From NCBI GenBank assembly GCA_036298925.1, contig JAXJIC010000027.1, positions 18,153-82,152 of the forward strand: a stretch of DNA of 64,000 nt, written 5' to 3'. The notes below the pieces were generated by a model. That model worked only from the letters and a program-made list of their open reading frames with translations, made no database searches and was not told where the DNA came from. This DNA comes from Collinsella aerofaciens (GTDB lineage: Bacteria > Actinomycetota > Coriobacteriia > Coriobacteriales > Coriobacteriaceae). Of the stretch, positions 1 to 8,667 are shown in pieces; the first letter of the stretch is position 1; each line of letters opens with the position of its first letter. The position numbers and the translations under genes were made by a program.

Positions 1-45
1 TAGCCCGCTTTTGACCGTCTACCTGTTACAAATCGAGACAAACGG
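1..45. repeat. Copy A (cut by the window edge) of a palindromic intergenic repeat; core CTGTTACAAATCGAGACAA at 23-41
   Basis: Aligns in the same register with 4931-4975 (31/45 by hand). The 19-mer core is 18/19 identical to 4953-4971. Confidence 0.6.
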
Positions 46-53
46 AGTAGGAC

Positions 54-1082
54 CTAACCCCGTATGTCCCTAACAGTCGAGCGTTCGACCAGCGTGCTCG
101 GCACATGAATCGCCTCGATAGACGAGCTCTCTCCAATCGCCGCCTCAAACGCAAGCTTACCGACACCGCGCAAATCAAATCGCAGCGTCGTCAGCCGATT
201 GTGAGGAACAAGTCCCTCGAGTGCGTCGTCGATACCAACCACGCTCACGTCGTCGGGCACGGACAGGCCCGCGTTCTCGAGCGCGGCGATAACGCCCAGC
301 GCCATCTGGTCATTTGCCGCAAGCACGGCAGTCGGCGCCTGCGACCCGCCGGCAAGCACCTCGGCCGCAATCCGCTCGCCCATGGCGTACCCACTGTCCG
401 CACTCCAATCGCCGCGCAGCATCGGAGCGGCATCGACATGAGCACGACCCAGCGTATCGCGCCAACCGGCCTCACGAAAACGCGAGGAAATCGAGTTTTC
501 CGGACCCGCCACAAACCGCATATTCGAGTGACCATGTTCCAGCAGATAATTGGTCAACAGCTCGCACGAACCATACTGGTCGGAGTCGATCGTCGTGCAG
601 CGCGGATGCGCATACGTGGACAGGATGACCGTTCGCACTCCCGGCTGGGGAACAAACTCCTCAAAATCGGGAGCCATGCGGTTCATGTTGAGAATCATGC
701 CGTCGACGGGTCGCTCGACCATGCGGCGCGAGGCATCGGCAAGTGCATAGGGCTTGTCGCCGCCCATCTCGATCATAGTGACGGCAAAATCGTGCTCGCG
801 CGCCGCTTGCATGATACCCTCGAGCGTCGCCAGGTTACCGACACGTGTGATGTTGTACATGCACAGGCCAATAGAACGATACGACCCGCCGCGCAACGCC
901 GCTCCAGCAAAATTGGGACGAAAGCCCAGCTCTTCCATGGCGGCCAGCACACGCTTGCGCGTCTTTTCCGTCACGTTGGGCATACCGTTGACCACGCGAG
1001 ACACAGTCTGGCGGCTCACGCCAGCGAGCGCCGCAACCTCTGCCGCGCTCGCCGAACGACCATTCCTTGTCTGCTGATCCAT
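54..1082 (-). CDS. LacI/GalR-family transcriptional regulator
   Basis: N-terminal HTH AEVAALAGVSRQTVSRVVNG followed by a sugar-binding-fold body. Start set at ATG 1082 (MDQQTRNG), preceded by GGAAGG. The ORF-track start at 1139 is an upstream in-frame alternative. Confidence 0.85.
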   Translation of the reverse strand: MDQQTRNGRSASAAEVAALAGVSRQTVSRVVNGMPNVTEKTRKRVLAAMEELGFRPNFAGAALRGGSYRSIGLCMYNITRVGNLATLEGIMQAAREHDFAVTMIEMGGDKPYALADASRRMVERPVDGMILNMNRMAPDFEEFVPQPGVRTVILSTYAHPRCTTIDSDQYGSCELLTNYLLEHGHSNMRFVAGPENSISSRFREAGWRDTLGRAHVDAAPMLRGDWSADSGYAMGERIAAEVLAGGSQAPTAVLAANDQMALGVIAALENAGLSVPDDVSVVGIDDALEGLVPHNRLTTLRFDLRGVGKLAFEAAIGESSSIEAIHVPSTLVERSTVRDIRG

Positions 1083-1143
1083 GCCTTCCACGCTAACCTG
1101 CTTCCCAACTATTCCCCGCGCCCATGGCGCATCGTACATACAT

Positions 1144-1157
1144 TGATAACGTGCTCA
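1144..1157. promoter_or_regulatory. Putative LacI-type operator TGATAACGTGCTCA
   Basis: 14-bp pseudo-palindrome with a central CG. It shares the right half-site ACGTGCTCA with two further copies at 1276-1311 and lies about 60 nt upstream of the regulator start. Confidence 0.5.
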
Positions 1158-1275
1158 TGATACCCGAGCCATATACCACAACATGAAAACTTCTGTCAAT
1201 CAAAACCGCTTACCGAACAAATACAACCGTTCGCGGCTGTTTGAAGTTGTTTTGTTTCTATACATCCCAGCCGGA

Positions 1276-1311
1276 TGTTAACGTGCTCATTGTCAAATGT
1301 TCACGTGCTCA
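1276..1311. promoter_or_regulatory. Two tandem putative LacI-type operators (TGTTAACGTGCTCA at 1276-1289, TGTTCACGTGCTCA at 1298-1311)
   Basis: Same 14-mer family as 1144-1157. Centres are 22 bp apart, about 120-150 nt upstream of lacG. Confidence 0.5.
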
Positions 1312-1426
1312 TTTTGGTTCTAATCATTTTAAGATAGTGTTTATCGGGCTTTTTCACCGCTGAACGCTAACCAGGGAGCCTCCTGAGCGCAAACGCACAA
1401 TATCGAACAGCGAGACGAGAGGGTGT

Positions 1427-2875
1427 ATGCATATGTCTTTGCTAAACCGCGTACAGCAGCTGCCGAAGGGCTTTGTTTGGGGCGCCGCAACCGCCGCGTA
1501 CCAAACGGAAGGTTCCACGAAGGTGGCAGGCAAGGGTAAGACCATGTGGGACGATTACCTTGTCGCCCAGGGTCGCTTTTTGCCCGACCCGGCCAGTGAT
1601 TTCTACAACCGCTACGAGGAGGATATCCGCCTTTCTGCCGAGCATGGACTCAACGCCATTCGTGTGTCCATCGCCTGGACCCGCATCTTCCCCAACGGCG
1701 ACGATGCCGAACCCCTCGCCGAGGGCGTTAAGCACTACCACGAGCTGTTCGCCTGCTGCAAAAAGTATGGCGTCGAGCCCTATGTGTCCCTGCATCACTT
1801 TGACTCCCCCGCCGCCCTGTTCAACCAGGGCGACTGGCTCAACCGCAAGACCGTCGACGCCTATGTGCGCTATGCCGAGTTCTGCTTCCGCGAGTTCCGC
1901 GAGGTCAAGAATTGGTTCACCATCAACGAGCTCATCAGCCTCTCGCACTCCCAATACATCCAAGGCAACTTCCCGCCCAACCATCACTTTGATGTGACGA
2001 GCGGCATCCAGAGCCAGCACAACGAGCTCGTTGCCCACGCCCGCGCCGTCAACCTGTATAAGGATCTTGACGAGACCGAGCACCTGGGCGGACGCATTGG
2101 CATGGTCAACGTCCTGACGCCGGCATATCCTGCCACCGACTCGCCCGCCGACCAGCACGCCGCCGACCTGTACAACGCCTTCTACACCGACTTCATCATG
2201 GACGGCGCCTTCCTGGGTCACTACTCCGCGCGCACCCTCTCACTCATCAACGAGATTCTGCGTGCCAACAACGCCACACTTACGGTTGAGGACAGCGACA
2301 TGGAGGAGCTCGCCAAGGCCGCGCCCCGCAACGATATGTTCGGCCTCAACTACTATCAGTCGGCGTTTATCGCCGCCTACGATGGCGAGTCAACCAACAG
2401 CTTTAACGGCACCGGAGACAAGGGCACCTCGTGCTTTAAGTTTAAGGGCGTCGGGCAGCAGGTCGATATGCCGGGTATCCCCACCACCGACTGGGATTGG
2501 CTCATCTACCCGCAAGGCCTCTACGACACGCTCAAGCACATCAGCGCCACCTATCCCAACCTCCCCGTCATCTATATCACCGAAAACGGCCTGGGCCACA
2601 AGGACCCCGAGCCCGACGCAAACGGCATCGTCGCCGATCCCGAGCGCATCGACTTTGTCGACCAGCACATGGAGAAGGTGCTCCAGGCGCGCGCCGAGGG
2701 CGTCGACGTCCAGGGCTACTTTATCTGGAGCCTGCAGGACCAGTTCTCGTGGGCCAATGGCTATAACAAGCGCTACGGCCTGTTCTACATCGACTTCGAC
2801 ACGCAAAAACGCTACATCAAGCAGTCGGCACTCTGGTACAAGGAGCTCGCCGACACTATGGCGGACGCGCAGTAG
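1427..2875 (+). CDS. lacG: 6-phospho-beta-galactosidase (GH1)
   Basis: 482 aa with GH1 motifs WGAATAAYQTEG, NWFTINEL and YITENGLG. It resembles Lactococcus LacG along its length as recalled from memory, including the block NGTGDKG..KFKGVGQQ..TDWDWLIYPQGLYD. It sits next to a lactose EIICB gene. Confidence 0.8.
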   Translation: MHMSLLNRVQQLPKGFVWGAATAAYQTEGSTKVAGKGKTMWDDYLVAQGRFLPDPASDFYNRYEEDIRLSAEHGLNAIRVSIAWTRIFPNGDDAEPLAEGVKHYHELFACCKKYGVEPYVSLHHFDSPAALFNQGDWLNRKTVDAYVRYAEFCFREFREVKNWFTINELISLSHSQYIQGNFPPNHHFDVTSGIQSQHNELVAHARAVNLYKDLDETEHLGGRIGMVNVLTPAYPATDSPADQHAADLYNAFYTDFIMDGAFLGHYSARTLSLINEILRANNATLTVEDSDMEELAKAAPRNDMFGLNYYQSAFIAAYDGESTNSFNGTGDKGTSCFKFKGVGQQVDMPGIPTTDWDWLIYPQGLYDTLKHISATYPNLPVIYITENGLGHKDPEPDANGIVADPERIDFVDQHMEKVLQARAEGVDVQGYFIWSLQDQFSWANGYNKRYGLFYIDFDTQKRYIKQSALWYKELADTMADAQ

Positions 2876-3052
2876 CGCATCGCCTCGCTTTCCCCCGAGA
2901 AGGGAGCGGCCCTATGCGATACAAACCCAGCCGCCCCCCCTCTCTCCCCCTGGGACCGGCCCCGCCTGCACCCGGGCTTTTAGCAAGCGGGAGACCATAT
3001 AGGTTTTCAACGTCCATGCCATTAAGATTTCATGCAAAGAGGAGCGTGAACT

Positions 3053-4813
3053 ATGGAATCGATCGTTAAGTTCTTGGAGAAAGGTCAGCCGTACTTCGAC
3101 AAGGTCTCTAAGAACATCTACCTTCAGGCCATTAAAGACGGCTTTTTGGCAGCAATGCCCATCATCCTGTCTTCTTCTGTCTTCCTGCTTATTTCGACCC
3201 TGCCGGGCGTTGTCGCCACGGTCGGCGGCTTTACGCTGCCCGACTGGTGGAACGTCGACGTCGTGAACTTCTGCAACAAGGTTTACAACTTCACGATGGG
3301 CGTCGTGGGCATCATGGTCGCCGGCACCACCGCAAGCGCGCTGACCGGCTCCAAGAACCGCCGCATGCCTGCCGGCAAGGCCATCAACGCCACGAGCACC
3401 ATGGTCGCCGCCATGTGCGCTATGCTCATCTTGGCCGTTACCCAGACGAGTGCCAAGATCGACGGCGCCGATGTCTCGGTGTTCTTTACCGACAACATGG
3501 GCACCAAGGGCCTGCTGAGCTCCTTTGTCGCCGCATTTGCCACGGTCAACATCTATGCCTTCTGCATTAAGCGAGACATCACCATCAAGCTGCCCAAAGA
3601 AGTCCCCGGCGCCATCGCCCAGAACTTCCGCGACATCTTCGCCTTCAGCTTCTCCATCCTGTTTGTCGCCGTCATCGACGTTATCTGCCGCACCTGCTTG
3701 GCCGTCCCGTTTGCCAACGTCATCTCCACGCTGGTGAGCCCGCTGTTCGCCGCTGCCGATTCCTACGCCGGCCTCGCCCTCATCTGGTTCATGATCCCTC
3801 TGTTCTGGTTCATGGGCATCCACGGCCCCTCGGTCGTTAAGCCTGCCCTCAACGCCGCGCTGTTTGGCAACATCACCACCAACCTCGCCACGCTGCAGGC
3901 CGGCGGTCACCCCGCCCTCGCCCTGACCGAAAACTTCGGTAACTACATCGGCGAACTCGGCGGCACCGGCGCCACGTTCATTGTCCCGATCATCTTCCTG
4001 CTCTTTATGCGCTCCAAGCAGCTCAAGGCCGTCGGCAAAGCCTCTGTCGTGCCCGTGATGTTCGCCGTCAACGAGCCGCTGCTGTTCGCCGCGCCCATCA
4101 TCCTCAACCCGTACTTCCTGATCCCGTTCCTGTTTGCCCCCGTGGCCAACGTCCTCATTGGTAAGTTCTTCATCGACTTTTTGGGCATGAACGGCTTTAT
4201 CTATGCCATGCCGTGGGCACTCCCCGGACCGATCGGCACCTTCATCGACACCAACTTCCAGCCGATCTCTCTGGTCCTGGTTGTCGTCCTGCTGGTCGTT
4301 GACTTCTTGATCTACTACCCGTTCTGCAAGGCCTACGACAACGTCCTGTGCAAGCAGGAGGCCGAGACCCTGGCCGAAGAAGAGGCCGAGGAGACCAAGG
4401 CCGTCAAGACCGCTGCCGCCCCCGCCGTTGAGGCTCCTGTTGTCGAGACCGCTTCTGCCACTGAGGCCTCCGCAGCTCCGTCCGCCCTTAAGGGCAAGGA
4501 TCTGAGGGTTCTGGTTCTGTGCGCTGGCGCCGGCACCTCTGCACTGCTCGCCAACGCGCTTAAGGAAGGCGCCGACGAGCTGGGCATCGACATTACCGCC
4601 AACGCCGGTGCCTACGGCAGCCACTACGCCATCATGGACCAGTACAACGTCATCGTCCTGGCTCCGCAGGTTCGCACCTATTACAACGAGATGAAGGCCG
4701 ACACCGACCGCCTGGGCATCACGCTGCTGTCGCCCAAGGGCAAACAGTACATCGACCTCACTAAGGATCCCAAGGGTGCCGTCGCCTGGATCGAGGAAAA
4801 CCTCGAGGCATAA
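3053..4813 (+). CDS. lacE: PTS lactose-family EIICB component
   Basis: 586 aa. The N-terminus MESIVKFLEKGQPYFDKVSKNIYLQAIKDGF and the GIHGPS motif resemble LacE. The C-terminal EIIB domain carries the LVLCAGAGTSALLANAL cysteine site. Confidence 0.85.
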   Translation: MESIVKFLEKGQPYFDKVSKNIYLQAIKDGFLAAMPIILSSSVFLLISTLPGVVATVGGFTLPDWWNVDVVNFCNKVYNFTMGVVGIMVAGTTASALTGSKNRRMPAGKAINATSTMVAAMCAMLILAVTQTSAKIDGADVSVFFTDNMGTKGLLSSFVAAFATVNIYAFCIKRDITIKLPKEVPGAIAQNFRDIFAFSFSILFVAVIDVICRTCLAVPFANVISTLVSPLFAAADSYAGLALIWFMIPLFWFMGIHGPSVVKPALNAALFGNITTNLATLQAGGHPALALTENFGNYIGELGGTGATFIVPIIFLLFMRSKQLKAVGKASVVPVMFAVNEPLLFAAPIILNPYFLIPFLFAPVANVLIGKFFIDFLGMNGFIYAMPWALPGPIGTFIDTNFQPISLVLVVVLLVVDFLIYYPFCKAYDNVLCKQEAETLAEEEAEETKAVKTAAAPAVEAPVVETASATEASAAPSALKGKDLRVLVLCAGAGTSALLANALKEGADELGIDITANAGAYGSHYAIMDQYNVIVLAPQVRTYYNEMKADTDRLGITLLSPKGKQYIDLTKDPKGAVAWIEENLEA

Positions 4814-4846
4814 GACGCTGACACCACCTGCCGCTTGCAGACAATA

Positions 4847-4889
4847 AATGGCCCGTGCATCGATGTGTGATGCGCGGGCCATTTTGTTT
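4847..4889 (+). terminator. Rho-independent terminator after lacE
   Basis: Stem AATGGCCCG (4847-4855) pairs with CGGGCCATT (4875-4883), followed by TTTTGTTT. Confidence 0.7.
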
Positions 4890-4918
4890 AGACCGCACCC
4901 GTCCTCCTGTTCATCTCA

Positions 4919-4975
4919 ATCTGTAACATCTAGCCGAGTTTTTCGGTCCTAGCTGTTACAGATCGAGACAATCAG
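4919..4975. repeat. Copy B of the palindromic repeat (complete palindrome)
   Basis: Outer arms ATCTGTAACA (4919-4928) and TGTTACAGAT (4954-4963) enclose an inner hairpin TAGCCGAG-TTTTT-CGGTCCTAG. The core at 4953-4971 matches 23-41. Confidence 0.65.
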
Positions 4976-5041
4976 ATGGTCAAATCCTCACTTTCCAGGC
5001 AGCTACGAAGCGCTCCTCTTTCTTAATTATTATCGGCATCA

Positions 5042-5093
5042 CGAACACACTTCGGTATCTATTAATGCCAAAATGATACCGAAAGCGTGTTCG
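5042..5093. repeat. Imperfect 18/19-bp inverted repeat (hairpin) near the left edge of the AT-rich island
   Basis: CGAACACACTTCGGTATC (5042-5059) pairs with GATACCGAAAGCGTGTTCG (5075-5093), with a 15-nt AT-rich loop. Confidence 0.55.
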
Positions 5094-5181
5094 AGAATAC
5101 GGATAATTCCATGCGTTAGCCCAATCAAGCCCCAGGCTTACAAACTCCGTTATTGTTCAGAATGCCAATGCATTCGCGTTT

Positions 5182-5292
5182 GCGTGTCATTTCACGTCAC
5201 TTTGACACGCAAAATGACACGCAAATTTTTTCGTGTCATATTTTTGACATGCAAAATGACGTGTAAAATTTTACGTGTCATTTCTCACGTCA
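5182..5292. repeat. Iteron-like array of TGACACG/CGTGTCA and CACGTCA units
   Basis: Four direct 12-mers TGAC[AG][CT]G[CT]AAA[AT] lie at 5203, 5215, 5246 and 5258. Three inverted CGTGTCA copies lie at 5183, 5232 and 5274. CACGTCA occurs at 5193 and 5286. The array ends 26 nt before the AlbA_2 gene start. Confidence 0.75.
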
Positions 5293-5317
5293 GATTGAAG
5301 CGAAACGGAGCAACACG

Positions 5318-6574
5318 ATGCAAGAATCCAAAGATCTTGAATTCAAGGAATGCGTCACCAATTCGTTCCTTAAAACCGTCTCCGCTTATGCAAATGGCAC
5401 GGGAGGACGCGTGCTATTTGGAATTAACGACGACGGAGAAGCCGTTGGCCTCAATGACCTCAAGCAGACCTGTCTGGATATCGAAAACAAGATTAACGAT
5501 TCGATCATCCCCCAGCCCGATTACTCCCTAAAAATCAACGAGTCCGATGCAACCGTAGAGCTTACGGTCTTTCCCGGCAGATCGAAGCCTTACCTATACC
5601 GCTCGAAGGCATACAAGCGCAATGACACCGCGACCATACCAGTTGACACCCTAGGGCTTTCGCGTCTTGTACTCGAGGGTCAAAACCTCTCCTTTGAACA
5701 GCTCCCGGCAAGCAAGCAAGATCTATCTTTCACCGTTTTAGAGAATCGCCTAAAAGCAAAGCTCTCACTTCAGTCATTCACAACCGATACTCTCAAAACC
5801 CTCGGCCTGCTCGATGAGACCGGAACCTACAACAACGCGGCAGAACTGCTCGCGGACGAGAACGATTTCCCAGGTATCGACATGGCGGTGTTTGGCGACA
5901 CCATCAATCTCATTAAGCAGCGCAAAACTCTCGAACATGCATCGGTTTTAACGGAGATTGACGGCGCTCTTGAACTATTTGAAACTCAGTACTGTTACGA
6001 AGAGATCAAGGGAATGGAGCGGGTCCGCAAGGAGCTCATTCCGCTCGAAGCATTCCGCGAGGCCATTACCAATGCAATCGTTCACAGGACTTGGGATGTA
6101 CCCGCGCACATTCGCATCTCGATGTTCGACGACCGCGTGGAAGTCGCCTCGCCCGGCGGCTTGCCAGCAAGCATGACTGTCGATGAATACCTGTCCGACA
6201 TGCTATCCGTTAGACGCAATCGTATTCTTGCCGAAGTCTTTTTGCGCCTGGGTCTTATCGAAGCCTTTGGAACGGGCATCATGCGAATTCGCGACACCTA
6301 TAAGGACAGCGTCAGAAAGCCCCGGTTTCAAGTTTCGGATAACGCCATTGTGGTCACACTTCCCCTGCTCATGGATAACCCGGGGCTCAAAGGCGACGAA
6401 CTTATCGTATTCGAACTGTTGAGTAGCGCACATCCTCAATCGACAGGTGAGCTTGCAGCCAAAGTTAGCTTCAGCCGCTCGAAGCTCAATCGCATCCTCA
6501 AAAAACTCGTTGAGACAGGCCTGGCGACAGTTGAAGGCACCGGCAGGGGACAGAAGTATCGCCTGCTGCGCTAG
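5318..6574 (+). CDS. AlbA_2 (Schlafen-type) / HATPase_c_4 / C-terminal winged-HTH protein, usually annotated as a putative transcriptional regulator or ATP-binding protein
   Basis: 418 aa. The N-terminus ESKDLEFKECV..VSAYANGTGGRVLFGINDDGEAVGL matches the AlbA_2 pattern. REAITNAIVHRTWDV..VASPGGLP..RRNRILAEVFLRLGLIEAFGTGIMRI matches HATPase_c_4. The C-terminus has a wHTH (STGELAAKVSFSRSKLNRILKKLVETGL). Confidence 0.7.
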   Translation: MQESKDLEFKECVTNSFLKTVSAYANGTGGRVLFGINDDGEAVGLNDLKQTCLDIENKINDSIIPQPDYSLKINESDATVELTVFPGRSKPYLYRSKAYKRNDTATIPVDTLGLSRLVLEGQNLSFEQLPASKQDLSFTVLENRLKAKLSLQSFTTDTLKTLGLLDETGTYNNAAELLADENDFPGIDMAVFGDTINLIKQRKTLEHASVLTEIDGALELFETQYCYEEIKGMERVRKELIPLEAFREAITNAIVHRTWDVPAHIRISMFDDRVEVASPGGLPASMTVDEYLSDMLSVRRNRILAEVFLRLGLIEAFGTGIMRIRDTYKDSVRKPRFQVSDNAIVVTLPLLMDNPGLKGDELIVFELLSSAHPQSTGELAAKVSFSRSKLNRILKKLVETGLATVEGTGRGQKYRLLR

Positions 6575-7339
6575 CTAGCAGATGACCTGCGCGTGCTCCT
6601 CGATGGCGGCACGGTCCTCGGCGGAGATGCTCGGCTCGCACACTACGGCGTCCAGGCTGTCCAGACGGCAGAAGGTGTAGAAGTCGCGCTTGCCGATCTT
6701 GCTGGAGTCGGCGATCAGATAGCGCGAGTCTGCCTTGCTAAAGGCGAGCTGCTGGATACGGCCCTCGTCCATGTTGGACGTAGACACGTCGCCATCCAGA
6801 ATGCCGTTGGCGCCGATAAACGCCGCATCGATGCCCAGCGCGCGCAGGGTATCCTCGGCCGTTGGTCCCACAAAAGCGGCGGTGCGGCGACGGTACATAC
6901 CGCCCACGAGGCACAGGTCGCAGTCCTCGCGCGCCTCGAGCAGGTTAAACACCGAAAGCGAATTGGTCACAATGCGCAGGCGAAACGTCGGCAGCATCGA
7001 GGCCATCCGTTCAACTGTGGTGCCCGTACCCAAAAAGATGGTCGAGCCTTCCTCGATAAGCTCCACAGCACGGCGCGCGATCTGCAGCTTTTCCTCGGCA
7101 TGCTTGGTGCGCTTTTCGCTGTGCGAATACTCATGGCGCAGCATAGCGTGCGGACGGCCCTGTGCACTGCGGGCTCCGCCGTGCACGCGCTCGATCTCGC
7201 CCAGGCTCGCAAGTTCTTCGAGGTCGCGGCGAATCGTCATGTCCGAAACGCCCAGCGCATCCGAAATCTCCTTGACCGAGACCGTGCCCTGCTCCTCGAG
7301 CAGCTGACGAACCTTATCCTGTCGCTCTGCCTTAATCAC
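6575..7339 (-). CDS. DeoR/GlpR-family sugar regulator (LacR-like)
   Basis: 254 aa with an N-terminal HTH VSVKEISDALGVSDMTIRRDLEEL and a DeoR C-terminal sensor domain. Its stop codon abuts the stop of the convergent AlbA_2 gene. Confidence 0.85.
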   Translation of the reverse strand: MIKAERQDKVRQLLEEQGTVSVKEISDALGVSDMTIRRDLEELASLGEIERVHGGARSAQGRPHAMLRHEYSHSEKRTKHAEEKLQIARRAVELIEEGSTIFLGTGTTVERMASMLPTFRLRIVTNSLSVFNLLEAREDCDLCLVGGMYRRRTAAFVGPTAEDTLRALGIDAAFIGANGILDGDVSTSNMDEGRIQQLAFSKADSRYLIADSSKIGKRDFYTFCRLDSLDAVVCEPSISAEDRAAIEEHAQVIC

Positions 7340-7545
7340 GATGAATCCTCGCCGTTCTTTGCGCGCATATCATTCAAACAGTAACGAACAAATTGTATCA
7401 GAATTGCGCGCGCCAAAAATGAGCGCCCACACAGCCCAAATCATCACTTTTTTGAGAAAAATACCCCCTGCTTTAGTGGGGTGTAGTGATAATCTTGCCT
7501 GTTCGCGCTACAGTTTGTCCGAAATACCTCGATGTTAGGAACCAA

Positions 7546-8598
7546 ATGATCACTTCCGAGCTTTTCGGCACCGCGCCGTGCGGTACCCCCGTTCATCGTT
7601 ACACCCTCAACGGGCCCGAGATCTGCGTTCGCATTATGGACTATGGCGCCACCGTGCTTGGTATCGATGTGCCCGACATTCCCGGCAACGTGCGCGATGT
7701 GGTGCTGGGCTTCGATAAGCTCGAGGATTACTTTGATAACCCCGCCTGCTTTGGCGCGACCATCGGCCCCGTGGCCAACCGCACCGCGGGCGCCACGATC
7801 ACCATCGCCGGCACGGACTGGCATATGCCCACCAACGAAGGCGTCAACAACCTGCACAGCGATCTTGAGCGCGGCCTGCACAAGCGCGTGTGGGATGCTG
7901 AGCTCGACGAGGTCCACAACGCCGTGCGCATGACCACCGCGCTTGAGGATGGCGAGCTGGGTCTTCCCGGCAACCGCACCTTTACGGCCGTGTTTACCGT
8001 TACACGCACCGGACGCTTCCGTATCGAGTATGGCTGCGAGAGCGACCGCGCCACCTATGTGTCCATGACTAACCACACCTACTTTAACCTTGCCGGCCAT
8101 AACGCCGGCATGGACTGCGAGCACTTCTTTGTGGCCAACGCCGCCCACTACCTGCCCATCAATGATCAGAACATTCCCACCGGCGAGATCGCTCCGGTCG
8201 AGGGCACGCCGTTTGACTTCCGCGAGCTGCGCCCCGTCGCACCCGGCATGGAGGCCGATGACCCGCAGATCAAGCAGGCCCGTGGCTACGACCATTGCCT
8301 GTGCATCGGCGGCTACCAATACGGTCGCAACCTGCGCCGCGCCCTGCACGTCGAGGAGATGTGGACCGGCCGCGAGATGGACTACTACACCACTGCCCCG
8401 GGCGTACAGCTCTACACCGGCAACTGGCTGGGCGACGAGCACGCCAAGGATGACGCCAACTATGGCTGGGGTGCCGGTTTTGCCCTCGAGGCCGAGATGT
8501 ATCCCGACACGCCACACCACACGCTGTTCCCCCAGGGCATCGTGGGCCCGGGTCACCCCTACAGCAATGTGATCGAGTATCACTTTATGAGGCACTAA
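7546..8598 (+). CDS. galM: Aldose 1-epimerase (galactose mutarotase)
   Basis: Mutarotase pattern: GATIGPVANRTAG, NNLHSD, and a conserved C-terminal FALE..PD region. Start set at ATG 7546 (MITSELFG); the ORF-track start 7486 is probably too long. Confidence 0.8.
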   Translation: MITSELFGTAPCGTPVHRYTLNGPEICVRIMDYGATVLGIDVPDIPGNVRDVVLGFDKLEDYFDNPACFGATIGPVANRTAGATITIAGTDWHMPTNEGVNNLHSDLERGLHKRVWDAELDEVHNAVRMTTALEDGELGLPGNRTFTAVFTVTRTGRFRIEYGCESDRATYVSMTNHTYFNLAGHNAGMDCEHFFVANAAHYLPINDQNIPTGEIAPVEGTPFDFRELRPVAPGMEADDPQIKQARGYDHCLCIGGYQYGRNLRRALHVEEMWTGREMDYYTTAPGVQLYTGNWLGDEHAKDDANYGWGAGFALEAEMYPDTPHHTLFPQGIVGPGHPYSNVIEYHFMRH

Positions 8599-8625
8599 TT
8601 CCACTACGCGACATATCGCACAGCA

Positions 8626-8659
8626 GCGCCCGCCGGCACCACCGCCTACGGGCGTTTTT
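8626..8659 (+). terminator. Probable terminator after galM
   Basis: GCGCCCG pairs with CGGGCGT around a 16-nt loop, followed by TTTTT. Confidence 0.5.
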
Positions 8660-8667
8660 CTACCTAG

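Noticed and set aside
2912-4882. 656-aa ORF antisense to lacE. Similar long antisense ORFs lie at 105-1160, 14268-15425, 22143-23330, 23379-25601, 25637-26812, 32446-34206, 38733-40766, 40669-42036, 45295-46464, 50977-52596, 53217-54479 and 54906-57230.
   Set aside because: These are typical shadow frames of high-GC coding DNA. Their products are low-complexity and rich in Arg, Gly, Ala, Val and Asp, with no motifs. Each fully overlaps a gene with clear family signatures on the other strand.
5182-5292. Possible CRISPR array
   Set aside because: The units are only 7-12 nt, occur in both orientations, and have no unique spacers of 25-40 nt. No cas genes are present.
5073-5531. 152-aa ORF running through the TGACACG array into the AlbA_2 gene
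   Set aside because: Its sequence is dictated by the repeats (..KMTRKFF..KMTCKIL..). It overlaps the well-supported 5318-6574 frame and has no RBS context.
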